A stretch of 64,000 bases of DNA from a virus. Lineage: Duplodnaviria; Caudoviricetes. This document shows, one piece after another, positions 19,758 through 30,312 of this stretch. Position numbers and translations under genes: made by a program. The notes under the pieces were generated by a model that had not been told where the DNA came from, ran no database searches, and was given only the letters and a program-made list of their open reading frames with translations. Numbering within the stretch: position 1 is the first letter of the stretch; every line of letters begins with the position of its first letter. Location: IMG/VR virus record IMGVR_UViG_2030936005_000025, positions 96,001-160,000 of that record, one strand, 5' to 3'.

Positions 19758-21302
19758 ATGAATAACCTTATTCGTCTTGTTAAGCTGACCAGTGCTATCT
19801 ATCAAGCATGGCGTTTAAAGGACGTTGATCTCATGGACGAGATTCTGTTGCTGGCTGAAGAAGTACCCAACAGTAAAGAGAGTATGGTTCACCAGGACAA
19901 AAAGACAGAGGCAAGGTTACGTCGCCTCCTATCATGGATTCGAGAGCAACCGGAAGACTCTAACATCATAACATCACTACTGTCTCCGAAAATCGCAGAG
20001 ATCGTTATGTTGTCACCAGAGCTGGATAAAGTTCTGAACGAAGCTTTCAATGACAAATTATCTATTGAAGATTCTCGTCAGTTCATTTTCCAGATCACTA
20101 AGGAACTGCGTGACAATGATGTCAAGGGTAAATTTAATACCCAATTTAAAATGATGGTTCGTCCTTTCCTCTTTGAAGATGAGAAAGAACTGACCAAAGA
20201 TGACTGGATCAAAATCAGTGAACTGATCAACGGTAAGATTACCGACCTGAACGAAAGTACCTTCGACAAAGCTGTTGTTGAAGCCACGGGTTCAGACAGT
20301 CCTGAATCATTGACCGAAGTCATCAACCAATTGAAGATCGAAACCTCAGCAGAAGGTATCATCAAAACTGGGTTGGAAGGATTGAACCAAGCACTGTACC
20401 CAGATCTGGGTATTCGTCGTGGTTTGATGTACATGATCGAAGCACTGACTAACCGCGGTAAGTCATTTGGTCTTGGTCATCTCTTAGCGTCTGTCCCGCT
20501 CTATAACAAACCGTTGCTGCGTAACAAGGCTAAGATCCCAACTGTTCTGTTGATGTCAGCAGAAGACTCCCTGGGCTTAATCTTCAAACGTATGTTCGAA
20601 CTGTTCGTTACGGCTAAGACCGGTGAGAAACCAGACTTCTTTGAATCAACCACAGAAGAAGTGGTTAAGGTTATTATCGACACGTTCCATGAGAACGGTT
20701 GGGCATTTAAGTTCTATCGTGTTAACCCAAGTCACGACAACATTTATGAAATCATGCAGCGTACTCGTACCCTCGAGCTTAAAGGTCATGAAATCATTGT
20801 TGCGGCTTATGACTACCTGGCCATGGCTGACCTGACAGGTTGCACCGGTGAATCTCGTTCTGATAAACTTCAGAACCTGTATAACCGTGCACGTAACTTC
20901 TTTACTTCTCGCGGCGCTGCGTTCTTGACTCCACACCAGTTAAACCCAGATGCCAAGAAGTTTATTCGTGAGCAAGATGATGACTCTGAAATCTACTTCA
21001 TCCGTGATGTTGGCGGTAAGTCGATGACGGAAGGTTCAACCAAACTGACGAACGAAGTTGATGTGGTAATCGGTCTGCATGTGGCGAAGCTTCAGAACAA
21101 CGAGTGCTGGTTCACGGGCTACGTTGGTAAGAAACGTGGTGAGGGTGCAAAAGAATCTGATCGCTTCTTCATTTATCCATTGGATGAGAAGAACGGTTTG
21201 GTTCATGATGTAAACTTTGAGAAGAAAACATATCGTAAATCTCTGCAACACAGAAGTGAAGCAATGGGCGGTGGCTCAGACTTTGATGACATGGCAGCAT
21301 AA
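19758..21302 (+). CDS. dnaB: DnaB-like replicative helicase (phiKZ gp118-like)
   Basis: IKTGLEGLNQAL, P-loop ALTNRGKS, Walker B-like AYDYL and LTPHQLN match SF4 helicase motifs; GAGGAG SD. Confidence 0.85.
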   Translation: MNNLIRLVKLTSAIYQAWRLKDVDLMDEILLLAEEVPNSKESMVHQDKKTEARLRRLLSWIREQPEDSNIITSLLSPKIAEIVMLSPELDKVLNEAFNDKLSIEDSRQFIFQITKELRDNDVKGKFNTQFKMMVRPFLFEDEKELTKDDWIKISELINGKITDLNESTFDKAVVEATGSDSPESLTEVINQLKIETSAEGIIKTGLEGLNQALYPDLGIRRGLMYMIEALTNRGKSFGLGHLLASVPLYNKPLLRNKAKIPTVLLMSAEDSLGLIFKRMFELFVTAKTGEKPDFFESTTEEVVKVIIDTFHENGWAFKFYRVNPSHDNIYEIMQRTRTLELKGHEIIVAAYDYLAMADLTGCTGESRSDKLQNLYNRARNFFTSRGAAFLTPHQLNPDAKKFIREQDDDSEIYFIRDVGGKSMTEGSTKLTNEVDVVIGLHVAKLQNNECWFTGYVGKKRGEGAKESDRFFIYPLDEKNGLVHDVNFEKKTYRKSLQHRSEAMGGGSDFDDMAA

Positions 21303-21317
21303 AAACTAATTGCATAA

Positions 21318-21347
21318 CTACCTCTACTCCTTGCGGAGTAGAGGTAG
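21318..21347. terminator. CTAC/GTAG-family hairpin at a convergent junction
   Basis: CTACCTCTACTCC-ttgc-GGAGTAGAGGTAG, perfect 13-bp stem. Confidence 0.8.
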
Positions 21348-21350
21348 ACA

Positions 21351-22700
21351 CTATGACTGTCCGTCAGAATAACGGTCTTGCGCTTTCAAGAAGATCACAA
21401 GTATTGTAGTACGTTTCATAATCGGTTTGATGTCAGTTGTAATCGGTACGTAGTCTGTACGATATCCTAACAACACGCCACGACGAACGTACACTGTGTC
21501 ATCATCATAGAAGTATTGATACGTTAGCGGATGTCCTGGCTCTAAATAACCGGTATCTCCGTTACGCCACTCTACTTCCAGAATCTCACCTTGGTTACGT
21601 GCGTTCTGTGTCATCCCCACCATGATGTTGCCAGTAGGAACTGGGTTAAGCGGAATCCACTCATTCCCATCACGACGATCACTGAGTTTGTATTCCTGCA
21701 TGGAGTCAGCACGGGTTGTCAAAGCACGACCATTGTTATAATGGTAGCCTGTATCCCCTGCGATTGAATCCCCCATCACCATACGCTGCCCCACACCCTC
21801 ATTCTGTTTACGAATGTCGGCATGGTCACTGTGCTCACCTTTACCGGTTGAGATAATAGTGATCGCGGTAGGTGTAATATAGAACGTTGAATCCAAATCA
21901 GGAATCTTGTTCTCAGGAACACGAATCAAGTTAATCGGTCGAGGATGTGTCTTGGCCCGTTCGGTATTAAAGAGTGGATAGATCCACCAATGGTTCTGTT
22001 TATAGAAAGAACCTAACCCACGGGAGTAAACACCATACTCGTTGTGATTCTGAAGGAACTGAGCCGCATCAATCAAACGTGTTCCACTAGGGAAGATGAT
22101 CTGGCGGAAGTTGTTGGTGTTATCGATAGGTTCATACATCGACAAGCCTTTGTACTTGTCATAACCTGTCAACCCAATTGCCTGGGTTCCTTCTTCAAAC
22201 ACAGAAAGCAGGACATCACGAATGTTGGCAATCGAATAGATGTTGGATACCGGTTCATTACGAATACGGGCAAACCCAACTTCCATCAACTGGAATTCAT
22301 ACGCTACCAAGTTCGTGGTGTTCAGCGCATCCATCTTGTTCATGATGGTGCTGTTCGATTGTGCATGTACATCTTTGTCGATTAAAGGAATGGCCACAAA
22401 CGTACGCATTACCCGAGCTGAACCTGACTGTGTCATTACCTGACAGGTCAAGTCATCACGATACTTCACCAAACTGTCAAAATACACACCTGGCTGTAAA
22501 CGAGCACGAATCATCATCATCTCACTGCGCCCAGAGGCAAAGTCAGCTTGAGATAAGAAGTACTCCACACCAAGGGCAGTAAACTGCCCAGCAGGTGTAA
22601 TAAAGACGCAAGAGATCTGAACGGTTTCTGCAACAGTGTTAGAAAGTGTTGCAGTAAGTTGAGCCTGACGTAATACTGTTTCGATTTGACTGGAAATCAT
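21351..22700 (-). CDS. Virion structural protein, possibly baseplate hub
   Basis: 449-aa beta-rich protein in the structural block; role inferred from synteny. Confidence 0.55.
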   Translation of the reverse strand: MISSQIETVLRQAQLTATLSNTVAETVQISCVFITPAGQFTALGVEYFLSQADFASGRSEMMMIRARLQPGVYFDSLVKYRDDLTCQVMTQSGSARVMRTFVAIPLIDKDVHAQSNSTIMNKMDALNTTNLVAYEFQLMEVGFARIRNEPVSNIYSIANIRDVLLSVFEEGTQAIGLTGYDKYKGLSMYEPIDNTNNFRQIIFPSGTRLIDAAQFLQNHNEYGVYSRGLGSFYKQNHWWIYPLFNTERAKTHPRPINLIRVPENKIPDLDSTFYITPTAITIISTGKGEHSDHADIRKQNEGVGQRMVMGDSIAGDTGYHYNNGRALTTRADSMQEYKLSDRRDGNEWIPLNPVPTGNIMVGMTQNARNQGEILEVEWRNGDTGYLEPGHPLTYQYFYDDDTVYVRRGVLLGYRTDYVPITTDIKPIMKRTTILVIFLKAQDRYSDGQS

Positions 22701-23338
22701 AACCCGCCCCCGAATCCTTGTAAGAAGTCAAGCGTACCAGATCCAAAGCTTGTGCCGGTATCCCGATAACCGATCTCGGATTTATATTCATCCAAATAGG
22801 AGATATAAGAAATCGGTTGATCGAAGTCGGCACCGTACATCATCTTGCCACGTAACACATCGATCAGACTCAGGTCTTTCGTGTTAGGGACATTCATCGT
22901 ACGGTTAATCTTCTCATGGTGGTAATGAGCAAAAGCCGTGAACACATGTCGGGCTAATTTCTCAATAAGCTCTAACTCTTTAATATCAGGAGTTCGAAGA
23001 AACCCACCGGTAGTCTTGATCTCAATCCAGTGGCGAATCCAGGTTTGAATGGAATCATAAATCACCGGGATATCTTCACGAGGATAACGGAAACCGATAT
23101 CGAACTTCTCACCCATCATCGACACAGACCGAAGAATGTGCTTAATCGTGTAAGGTCGCTCACTCGGTACCATTAAGGAATCAAAGCCATTAATCGGAGG
23201 ATTGTCCTCAAACCGCTTCAGTTGCTCTGTAGTGAGAAAAGAAGCCACAGGCATAACTACCACGAAGGTACGCTCTGAGAATAGCTTATAGAGCCTTATG
23301 AGATCATTTCTGATAAATATATAACGGTCGGTATTCAT
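22697..23338 (-). CDS. Conserved hypothetical phage protein
   Basis: 213 aa; 4-bp stop/start overlap with the downstream gene. Confidence 0.65.
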   Translation of the reverse strand: MNTDRYIFIRNDLIRLYKLFSERTFVVVMPVASFLTTEQLKRFEDNPPINGFDSLMVPSERPYTIKHILRSVSMMGEKFDIGFRYPREDIPVIYDSIQTWIRHWIEIKTTGGFLRTPDIKELELIEKLARHVFTAFAHYHHEKINRTMNVPNTKDLSLIDVLRGKMMYGADFDQPISYISYLDEYKSEIGYRDTGTSFGSGTLDFLQGFGGGL

Positions 23339-23348
23339 TGGGTTAACC

Positions 23349-24647
23349 TTAAGTGTAATCGCTTGTGGTTATCAATGCCTGTCGAATCGCTAGAACGTAA
23401 ATACCACCCATGTACAGTTTGCTGATATCATCCAACAACCAGTACCCATCCAACACGTCCATCAGTCCTTTCTTGTCCACGATCTTATCACGGAACATGT
23501 GGAAGATGAATTGCTGCAATTCGGTTCCCTGACCTTTGTAGAAGTCGTCACCAAAGAAATAGTTCCAAGGTTTACCTTCAGTTGGTCGGCGTGGTGTGCC
23601 CGCACTAGGAACTGGAATCAATGCCCCACTAAACTGGTAGGGAGCCATCTGAGCACCGTCTTTATGAACAGTAATTGCACGATCCATTTTGGAGAAGAAG
23701 ATTCCGCCATAGAAACGCGTGTTCATCATTGAAGAACGGTAGTGGGTGTAGAAGTCATTGCGGTAACGTTCTGGATGCGAGAAGTCATTGCGATAGAACA
23801 TATCCCAGACAGTCATCGGTTCCTGCATCTGAGTCCCTTCAACCCAATATTGAACACTGATGGTTCGAATACGGTTACGGGGAGTAATCTCATTAGCCGG
23901 TAAGACAAAGCCCAGGAATTTAGCAAGATAAGGATCATACAACCGATCGTTGTCTTCATTAGGAATTATGATGGTGTCTTCCGCACTGTAATAGTGACGA
24001 GATAACAGGTCATCCATAATCGCAAACTTGGCATCGTTCAGCTTCTTGTTGAGGTCATAGTCGCTTTGCGTTAATACCGCATTGCCGCCGTTGACTGCAG
24101 ACTCTTTAGAATACCAAAGTGTCTTGATGGTTTTGATGTCCAGGTTACTTTGAATTGCCTGGGTCATTACCGCTTCAAGAGTTGCCTCGATATAGTAAAC
24201 TTTGTCTGCCTGAATCGTTCTGATCTCAGGTTGTTCAGTGACGGTGTACAGGCCGGCCTTACCGCCGCCAATATCCTTAATGAACATGTCGCCTTTGTTA
24301 GGCGTCAAGTCGAATAACACATAACCGGTTAACTGGTGTGTTGCTTGACCAGATTCAGGAATGAAGTTGAAGTTACCATTACCGTTATCGATCTTGATAA
24401 TCAGATCGTTAACACGCGTGTAAGACTGGTAGGTCTCAATACTCTCTGGCTGAAAACTGATCTGTTCTTCTCTTGCGCCTAAATATTGGCGATAGTAAAT
24501 GGTTCGTGTCGGTGTACCCGGAACCATAGAGAGCAGGCTGGTCTGAGGAACATACTTGGATTCGATAATCGAACTTTGGTATTCCTTAGGTAAAGCGCGT
24601 TCCTGCTCAACTGGTGGCTTGGTCCCACCGATTGAAGTCTGGGCCAT
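23349..24647 (-). CDS. Virion structural protein, neck/head-completion candidate
   Basis: Start revised to MAQTSIGG (24647; AAGGT SD); located in the structural operon. Confidence 0.55.
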   Translation of the reverse strand: MAQTSIGGTKPPVEQERALPKEYQSSIIESKYVPQTSLLSMVPGTPTRTIYYRQYLGAREEQISFQPESIETYQSYTRVNDLIIKIDNGNGNFNFIPESGQATHQLTGYVLFDLTPNKGDMFIKDIGGGKAGLYTVTEQPEIRTIQADKVYYIEATLEAVMTQAIQSNLDIKTIKTLWYSKESAVNGGNAVLTQSDYDLNKKLNDAKFAIMDDLLSRHYYSAEDTIIIPNEDNDRLYDPYLAKFLGFVLPANEITPRNRIRTISVQYWVEGTQMQEPMTVWDMFYRNDFSHPERYRNDFYTHYRSSMMNTRFYGGIFFSKMDRAITVHKDGAQMAPYQFSGALIPVPSAGTPRRPTEGKPWNYFFGDDFYKGQGTELQQFIFHMFRDKIVDKKGLMDVLDGYWLLDDISKLYMGGIYVLAIRQALITTSDYT

Positions 24648-26217
24648 ATAAATTACCTTTTTCTTTAAGCTTGAGATAACTCTGATAAGAAGAGGAGTTC
24701 TTCGCAACGATCAGGGAATAGAGTGTTCCGTATGGCATGTAGAAACGAAGTTCTGGTCCGTCCCCTACATCGATGCCATTATAGACTTGTTCCCAATCAC
24801 TCCAGCCGCCAGTACCCCAGTCATCCGGTAATGGGAAAGCAGGGAACAGGATACCGATAATCCATTTGGCAAACTCAGGGTCATCCAGGAAGTCCAGAAT
24901 ACACTCTTCATCATACTGGCGCAGTGAATAATCAAACGAGAACACCACACGGTAGCAGTTGGCCATGCGTGGTAAACGGGTTAGGATTAAATCACCGTTC
25001 TCATTCAGTACAATCTGTTCTTCCAGTACCTTGATCGCATTAACACCGTCATCTGACCACACAGCAATGTTTAACGGGTTCTTGTGACGTTGAGTCACCT
25101 TAGTCCGGTACTTGATGAGATAATCGATAACTTTGCTGTTCCAGGTAAACCCGTTGATATCCTTCATGTTAATCAAGACTTGGTTTTCGATATTCTCGAC
25201 ATTAACCAAAACCTGAAGCTGAGGACTCACCCAGTACTGTGGATCTGGACGCCAGTTATCCTGCGACGGGAAGACATGATAGAACGGAGCCAACTGTTGA
25301 TTGTAATTCCAGACTTTAGCTGCGGCAGCAGATTCGTAGAAACGACGTGCCACAAATTCTTCTTTGTTATTGGAGAAGACATCAGGAACATACTCATTTG
25401 GCATCGGTTGTTGATAAACCTGAATAGGGAAGTTAAATATCCACTCTGTCATTTCTGACCAGAAGAACCAATAACGAAAGCTCACTTCGAACTTACCGAT
25501 ATATGACCCTTGGTTCACCAACGCCATGTTTGGGTTTTCTACGTTTACACCCACATCCGCAATCTGCTGTTTGAACACAAACACCGGTGCGTTGTAAGCA
25601 GCGTTACGGAGAATCCCAATAGGAACCTGTGAGTTATCTTCCATCCAGTCAATGAAGTCTTTATCATTGGCCACAATCCCTGCCTTCTGTAGACGAAGGA
25701 AGATCTCATGGTAACAACGAAGCTGAGGTTCAGTGAGTGGGAAATGAGTATCTATGTTGAACAAGGTGTTCTGGTGTGGTGACAATACACCTTTACGGAT
25801 ATTCGTTAAGTAACGCTCAGCAGTGACACGGTCTTTAAAGAACGCATTCACTGTAACAGCAAAACGTCGGGTAATAAACTTGGGAACGATACTGGCTTTG
25901 GTATTCGGCTCAAACCACAGTGGTGGGTTACTGTCGTTTCGTGAATACGCATCAAGCTCATCGTTATAGCCTGACTCTGTTCGTTCCAGTTCAATGAAAA
26001 GTTTGTTATCATAACCCAGGTCAACCCCTAAGTCAGATCCTCGCTTTCCATCTTTATCTCCCCCTAATAACTTCGACACTTCTGCTTCACCATTAAAGAA
26101 GATTTTCTGGTCTACGTTGATGTTAAAGTATTCCAGCATCTTCTCAAGTGAAGCAAGTACAGCAGGACGGGTTCCTATTCTGTATGTCTCATTAGAAGGA
26201 ATTCTTACACTAAGCAT
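24607..26217 (-). CDS. Virion structural protein
   Basis: 536 aa with GAGGA SD; aromatic-rich; overlaps the next gene. Confidence 0.6.
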   Translation of the reverse strand: MLSVRIPSNETYRIGTRPAVLASLEKMLEYFNINVDQKIFFNGEAEVSKLLGGDKDGKRGSDLGVDLGYDNKLFIELERTESGYNDELDAYSRNDSNPPLWFEPNTKASIVPKFITRRFAVTVNAFFKDRVTAERYLTNIRKGVLSPHQNTLFNIDTHFPLTEPQLRCYHEIFLRLQKAGIVANDKDFIDWMEDNSQVPIGILRNAAYNAPVFVFKQQIADVGVNVENPNMALVNQGSYIGKFEVSFRYWFFWSEMTEWIFNFPIQVYQQPMPNEYVPDVFSNNKEEFVARRFYESAAAAKVWNYNQQLAPFYHVFPSQDNWRPDPQYWVSPQLQVLVNVENIENQVLINMKDINGFTWNSKVIDYLIKYRTKVTQRHKNPLNIAVWSDDGVNAIKVLEEQIVLNENGDLILTRLPRMANCYRVVFSFDYSLRQYDEECILDFLDDPEFAKWIIGILFPAFPLPDDWGTGGWSDWEQVYNGIDVGDGPELRFYMPYGTLYSLIVAKNSSSYQSYLKLKEKGNLYGPDFNRWDQATS

Positions 26218-26252
26218 ATATAATTCCTCGTTAGAACAATCATAAAATCAAA

Positions 26253-26282
26253 CCCTCTTACCCCGATTAAGGAGTAAGAAGG
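26253..26282 (-). terminator. Hairpin related to the dispersed family (TTAC/GTAA variant)
   Basis: Minus-strand RNA CCUUCUUACUCC-uuaauc-GGGGUAAGAGGG; mismatches pair as G-U only on the minus strand. Confidence 0.7.
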
Positions 26283-26292
26283 ATTAATTGTT

Positions 26293-27186
26293 TTATTCTA
26301 ATTCGATTTCTACTTCTTCGGTATTATTACCTTCGGTAGAGGAATAAGGATCCTCACTCTGTTCGGTGTTATTATAATCCCCTTCCCCACCAACCGGATT
26401 CTCCGCACTATCTTCAGTATCTCCATCTGTTAACCCTTGCGAGTTATCAGACGTATTATCATTCTTGCCATTATTTTTTAATAGACCAGAATAACGAATC
26501 TGAAAGAGTTCTTGAGAAATACTAATTACCGCAATATCAGATAACCCATCAGAATAGGTTTCCAATACTCGAGCACTGGTTAAATAACCGCGGAAAGTTT
26601 CAAGGGTGGTGTCGTCCACCTGACCTTTAAATCTCGCCATGACTTTGGTAATGAATTCCAAAGACAAAGAGTTCTCGATAAAACGGGTTTCATGGATATC
26701 GACAATTGCCGCCATGAGGTAATTACGGAACTTGATGAGATCCAGCCGTGAGGAAGCATCCACCGTAGAGACATCACGTTCTACATCCGGATTAATCCCC
26801 GTAAACGCTCCCAGAACCACGTAGCAGCGAATTGTTCCCTTATACCCATAACTGTTATTAGAAATGGGTAACTCCACGTACTGAGGAGCTGAGGAAGGAT
26901 TTAAGGCTGTCGAGTCAAAGTAATCCACATTGATCAACAACCCTAACCCATAGATGTCACTGAACCGTGCATACAGATCGTTTAACGTACAAGGACCTGG
27001 CATGGAGATAGTGGGAATCTTTGATAGGTAGTTAGACAGATCTACCTTCTTCAATTCGAAGAATGTTTTCAGATTCCCTTTGACACCTTCAATTCGGGAC
27101 ATGTCAGCAGTCAGAGAATAGATCTGATAAATGCTGTATCCTTCAGGGAGACGTGAGGCAAGATCATCTTTAAAGTTATAAGACAT
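26293..27186 (-). CDS. Hypothetical virion protein with an acidic low-complexity C-tail
   Basis: 297 aa; C-terminal D/E/N/S/T-rich tail. Confidence 0.6.
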   Translation of the reverse strand: MSYNFKDDLASRLPEGYSIYQIYSLTADMSRIEGVKGNLKTFFELKKVDLSNYLSKIPTISMPGPCTLNDLYARFSDIYGLGLLINVDYFDSTALNPSSAPQYVELPISNNSYGYKGTIRCYVVLGAFTGINPDVERDVSTVDASSRLDLIKFRNYLMAAIVDIHETRFIENSLSLEFITKVMARFKGQVDDTTLETFRGYLTSARVLETYSDGLSDIAVISISQELFQIRYSGLLKNNGKNDNTSDNSQGLTDGDTEDSAENPVGGEGDYNNTEQSEDPYSSTEGNNTEEVEIELE

Positions 27187-27188
27187 GA

Positions 27189-28043
27189 TTAACCCTTGAA
27201 GTTAGATTTCGCCGGGGGTTTCTCTTTAACCGATTTAGACATCTTAGCCAGGGCGTTTAACGTCGCAGTGATTTTGTTTTGCATACCTCCGATAATACGA
27301 GCTTTCTTCGTTTCTTCTTTGGCTTCATCACCTGCTTCTTTGTTATCTTCCTTGATACCGGCTTTTACTTCCGGTGTATCGTCTTCCGCTGGCTGTTTCA
27401 CATTACGCAACTTGTTGGCTGCCTGTTGTGCATTGCTCAGAGTCTTACGAAGAGAACCGCTAACAGATTGTACACCTTGACCGGCTGCAGTCTGAACCTC
27501 TTTATAGACAGCACGCAGCTTAGCCACGGTGTCACAGTTCTTGACCTTTTCAGCCGCATCTTTGATCTTGTCCATAGCACTGGCCAGATCACTGTTCTCT
27601 TCCTTCACTTCTTCGAACTCAGTACCACCTGACATGGCTTTCACTAAGCTCTCTGGGTTACGCAGAGGAGAATCTTCAGGAATTGGTGTATTCCCTTCTA
27701 CTTCGTTCAGTGCAGTGAGTGCGTCCTCAACGCGCTCAGACGCTTCCTCAGCAGCCTTCTGTGCATCACCGAAGAAGTACGTACTGATACGCTTCAACAT
27801 GTCTGTGATGTTGTTGTAGAGACGCTGAGCGACTTCCTTGATCGAATCACCGATAGACTTCGCTTCACTCCCGCACACATCGTAATGTAACGCATAGAAA
27901 CGTTCATTACCTGACATCCGCTGGAAACCATCACGGGTCACATCACCCAACGCTACACACCCATCAATCATCCAATCCAGATGTTCAAAGTCTGCATCCA
28001 ACTCTGGCGTCTCTGGGACAACCAGTAACATTTCTTCTTCCAT
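27189..28043 (-). CDS. Inner head/ejection protein candidate
   Basis: Acidic N-terminus, CGSEA site, then an amphipathic helix and an Ala/Lys/Glu-rich helical body. Confidence 0.65.
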   Translation of the reverse strand: MEEEMLLVVPETPELDADFEHLDWMIDGCVALGDVTRDGFQRMSGNERFYALHYDVCGSEAKSIGDSIKEVAQRLYNNITDMLKRISTYFFGDAQKAAEEASERVEDALTALNEVEGNTPIPEDSPLRNPESLVKAMSGGTEFEEVKEENSDLASAMDKIKDAAEKVKNCDTVAKLRAVYKEVQTAAGQGVQSVSGSLRKTLSNAQQAANKLRNVKQPAEDDTPEVKAGIKEDNKEAGDEAKEETKKARIIGGMQNKITATLNALAKMSKSVKEKPPAKSNFKG

Positions 28044-28044
28044 A

Positions 28045-28620
28045 CTAACACCCTATGAAACGATCATTGCCGAACTGAATCATTTCATCGACCAGTTGGA
28101 CACAGTTAATTACCAGAACAACTTGAGCCAATGGATACGGGGAAGATTCTGCGTTAATCCATTCCCGTGTCCAGTTCAGTGCATTATCCACTGTCCGGGC
28201 AATGTCAGTGATGATCTCTGCATTGATCGGGAACCGTGTTTCATCCTGAAGGTGGGTTCGGTGTTGTTCAATCAGAAATTGACAGGTTGGAAGATCACAC
28301 ACTGTTTTATACAGATTCTCAGTCAACGCAGTTTCTTTGACTAACTCTGCCAGTTCAGAATCGGGTTCGATCGTACTACCCATCAAGTTGATCATCTCGT
28401 TAAGATGTTCGTAGTCGATAGTTGTCTTCTGAACAAAATCCTGGAAACGAGGAACAGTGAATTCATCCTCGATAAGCTGGATACGTTCCAGTGCAGCCTT
28501 TGCTGCGATAGGTCCGTTTACCAATTCACCTTTGAGATCCAGTTCAACACCATTGCGGCATGCCTGGAGTACAACCAACATCTGCTTTAAAAAGAGATAG
28601 TTATCTTGGTTACCGATCAT
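28045..28620 (-). CDS. Hypothetical protein
   Basis: 191-aa helical ORF, tightly coupled in the structural operon. Confidence 0.6.
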   Translation of the reverse strand: MIGNQDNYLFLKQMLVVLQACRNGVELDLKGELVNGPIAAKAALERIQLIEDEFTVPRFQDFVQKTTIDYEHLNEMINLMGSTIEPDSELAELVKETALTENLYKTVCDLPTCQFLIEQHRTHLQDETRFPINAEIITDIARTVDNALNWTREWINAESSPYPLAQVVLVINCVQLVDEMIQFGNDRFIGC

Positions 28621-29135
28621 ACCAGAACCTCTATGAACCCTGTGAAGTAATCGTGGGTTGAATTCACCGAGATAATGAGTTTACCGTCAATCGTAGAAAG
28701 GTGTACGTCATTGAGGGTAAGTTCATAAAAACCAAAAGCTCGACAGAACGTTAAGAAGTCACGCACGCTGTCGGTATCAAATCCTGTCGCGACATTCAGA
28801 ACCGCAGGGTCGGTTACTGTCAACACAGTGGAATACTTGGTGTTTAGTGTATCAGCACCAGACTGTGTGATCGGTTCATACATCTGAAAGATTTTGGTTT
28901 TGTACGGACGAATATCAATCCCGGTAGGAAAGATAGAACCCAACACAATTTTGTTCATCAGGATACCGTTCTTGGACATAGAGTCTTGAAGCAAGACTTT
29001 GTCATCCACAGTTGCTTTCGCAAAGATCAGATTATCCGGTGGTGTGGTTGTGGTGGTTCCATTTAATTTATCAAAGGCGGAGATTCCAATTGCCTTTAAA
29101 TGGTTGAGTGAGAAATTGATCGCATCGATGTTCAT
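28617..29135 (-). CDS. Hypothetical virion protein
   Basis: 172 aa; ends LIISVNSTHDYFTGFIEVLV; 4-bp overlaps on both sides. Confidence 0.6.
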   Translation of the reverse strand: MNIDAINFSLNHLKAIGISAFDKLNGTTTTTPPDNLIFAKATVDDKVLLQDSMSKNGILMNKIVLGSIFPTGIDIRPYKTKIFQMYEPITQSGADTLNTKYSTVLTVTDPAVLNVATGFDTDSVRDFLTFCRAFGFYELTLNDVHLSTIDGKLIISVNSTHDYFTGFIEVLV

Positions 29136-30208
29136 TTGCGCAATCCTGTTTCAACGAAGTCCAAACCGGTTTCCATTCCTGTTAACACATATTGCAGTGT
29201 AACCGTCATCAACCGTTTATTGAATCGCACCAACCAGTTCAGATAAGCACGACCATCTGGCGTCAGGTGTTTAGTCCCGAGTTCATACTTCTTCGCTTCT
29301 TTCTCAAAAGAACGATACAGTTGAGAAACGGTACTTTGGTTAGAACGGATGTTCTTCACCGTCTTGCGAACTTCCGCAAGCGTCGCATCAACCATTGGAC
29401 CACTCGGTTCATACTCATCAGACAACATCTTCACCGGAACAGTAGAGTTCTGGAAATAGATACCCACCTTGTTCAGATTATCTACAGTCGGACGCTCAAT
29501 CACTAACTGACGGTTACCCGGAATAATCCCTGTGGTAAAGGTATCGCCGCTCTCTGTAAGCTTGAGTTCTTTCTTCAACGCAGAGAGGGTTTTATCAATC
29601 TGACCTGCCAGATCAAAATCCTCAGTACCGGCTGATTCAATTAACGAACCTAACTTACGGTAAGCATCTACCGTGCTGTCATAGAAGTCGTTAACAGAAG
29701 CCAGAGAACCTTTTACCCAGTTTGGATCCATCGAGATAGTCAGTGGATCAAACAGACGACGCACTGTCGCAGGGTACTTAACAGCGTGAGAAACAATCCC
29801 ATCACGTTTACGGCGAAGAGACACACGGAACTCACGGTTATCCAAACGAGCCACACGGTTGTTGATCAGGTTCAATAAGAAGGCTACAGCGTCTTTAGCG
29901 AGTTGAACCAGGAAGTGAATAACTTTCTTCACTTGGTTAGCACTCTCTACACCGTCTACAACCGCCGTTGAGACATCTTCTTCCATTGCTGGAAGTTGGA
30001 TACCCCCAAATGAAGAAAAGCGCTGTATGATGCTCTCAAGGCCATCTACAGATTCTTTATCTTCTTCTTTAACATTATCTTTCTTAACGTCTACTTTCTC
30101 ATTAAGAAAGAAGTTCATTCTGCCTTCATAAGGTTCCATTCTCTCACCGTAGATATAGTCGGTGGAGTCAATAGGTTCCTTAGGGCTTGGAATTAATTTC
30201 TGAGACAT
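29132..30208 (-). CDS. Inner head protein (phiKZ internal-head paralog family candidate)
   Basis: Acidic leader with DGLESI and DGVESA sites followed by a basic amphipathic helix. Confidence 0.7.
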   Translation of the reverse strand: MSQKLIPSPKEPIDSTDYIYGERMEPYEGRMNFFLNEKVDVKKDNVKEEDKESVDGLESIIQRFSSFGGIQLPAMEEDVSTAVVDGVESANQVKKVIHFLVQLAKDAVAFLLNLINNRVARLDNREFRVSLRRKRDGIVSHAVKYPATVRRLFDPLTISMDPNWVKGSLASVNDFYDSTVDAYRKLGSLIESAGTEDFDLAGQIDKTLSALKKELKLTESGDTFTTGIIPGNRQLVIERPTVDNLNKVGIYFQNSTVPVKMLSDEYEPSGPMVDATLAEVRKTVKNIRSNQSTVSQLYRSFEKEAKKYELGTKHLTPDGRAYLNWLVRFNKRLMTVTLQYVLTGMETGLDFVETGLRK

Positions 30209-30253
30209 AACAAACTCCTAAGTGAGATCATAGCATTCAAAATAAACAGCAAA

Positions 30254-30283
30254 AGGAACAAGGAGCCGAAGCCCCTTGTTCCT
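30254..30283 (-). terminator. Intrinsic UUCG terminator of the 414-aa head protein gene
   Basis: Minus-strand RNA AGGAACAAGGGGC-UUCG-GCUCCUUGUUCCU then UUU. Confidence 0.85.
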
Positions 30284-30312
30284 AATGTCATTTCACTTCA
30301 GAGAGTCGAAGA

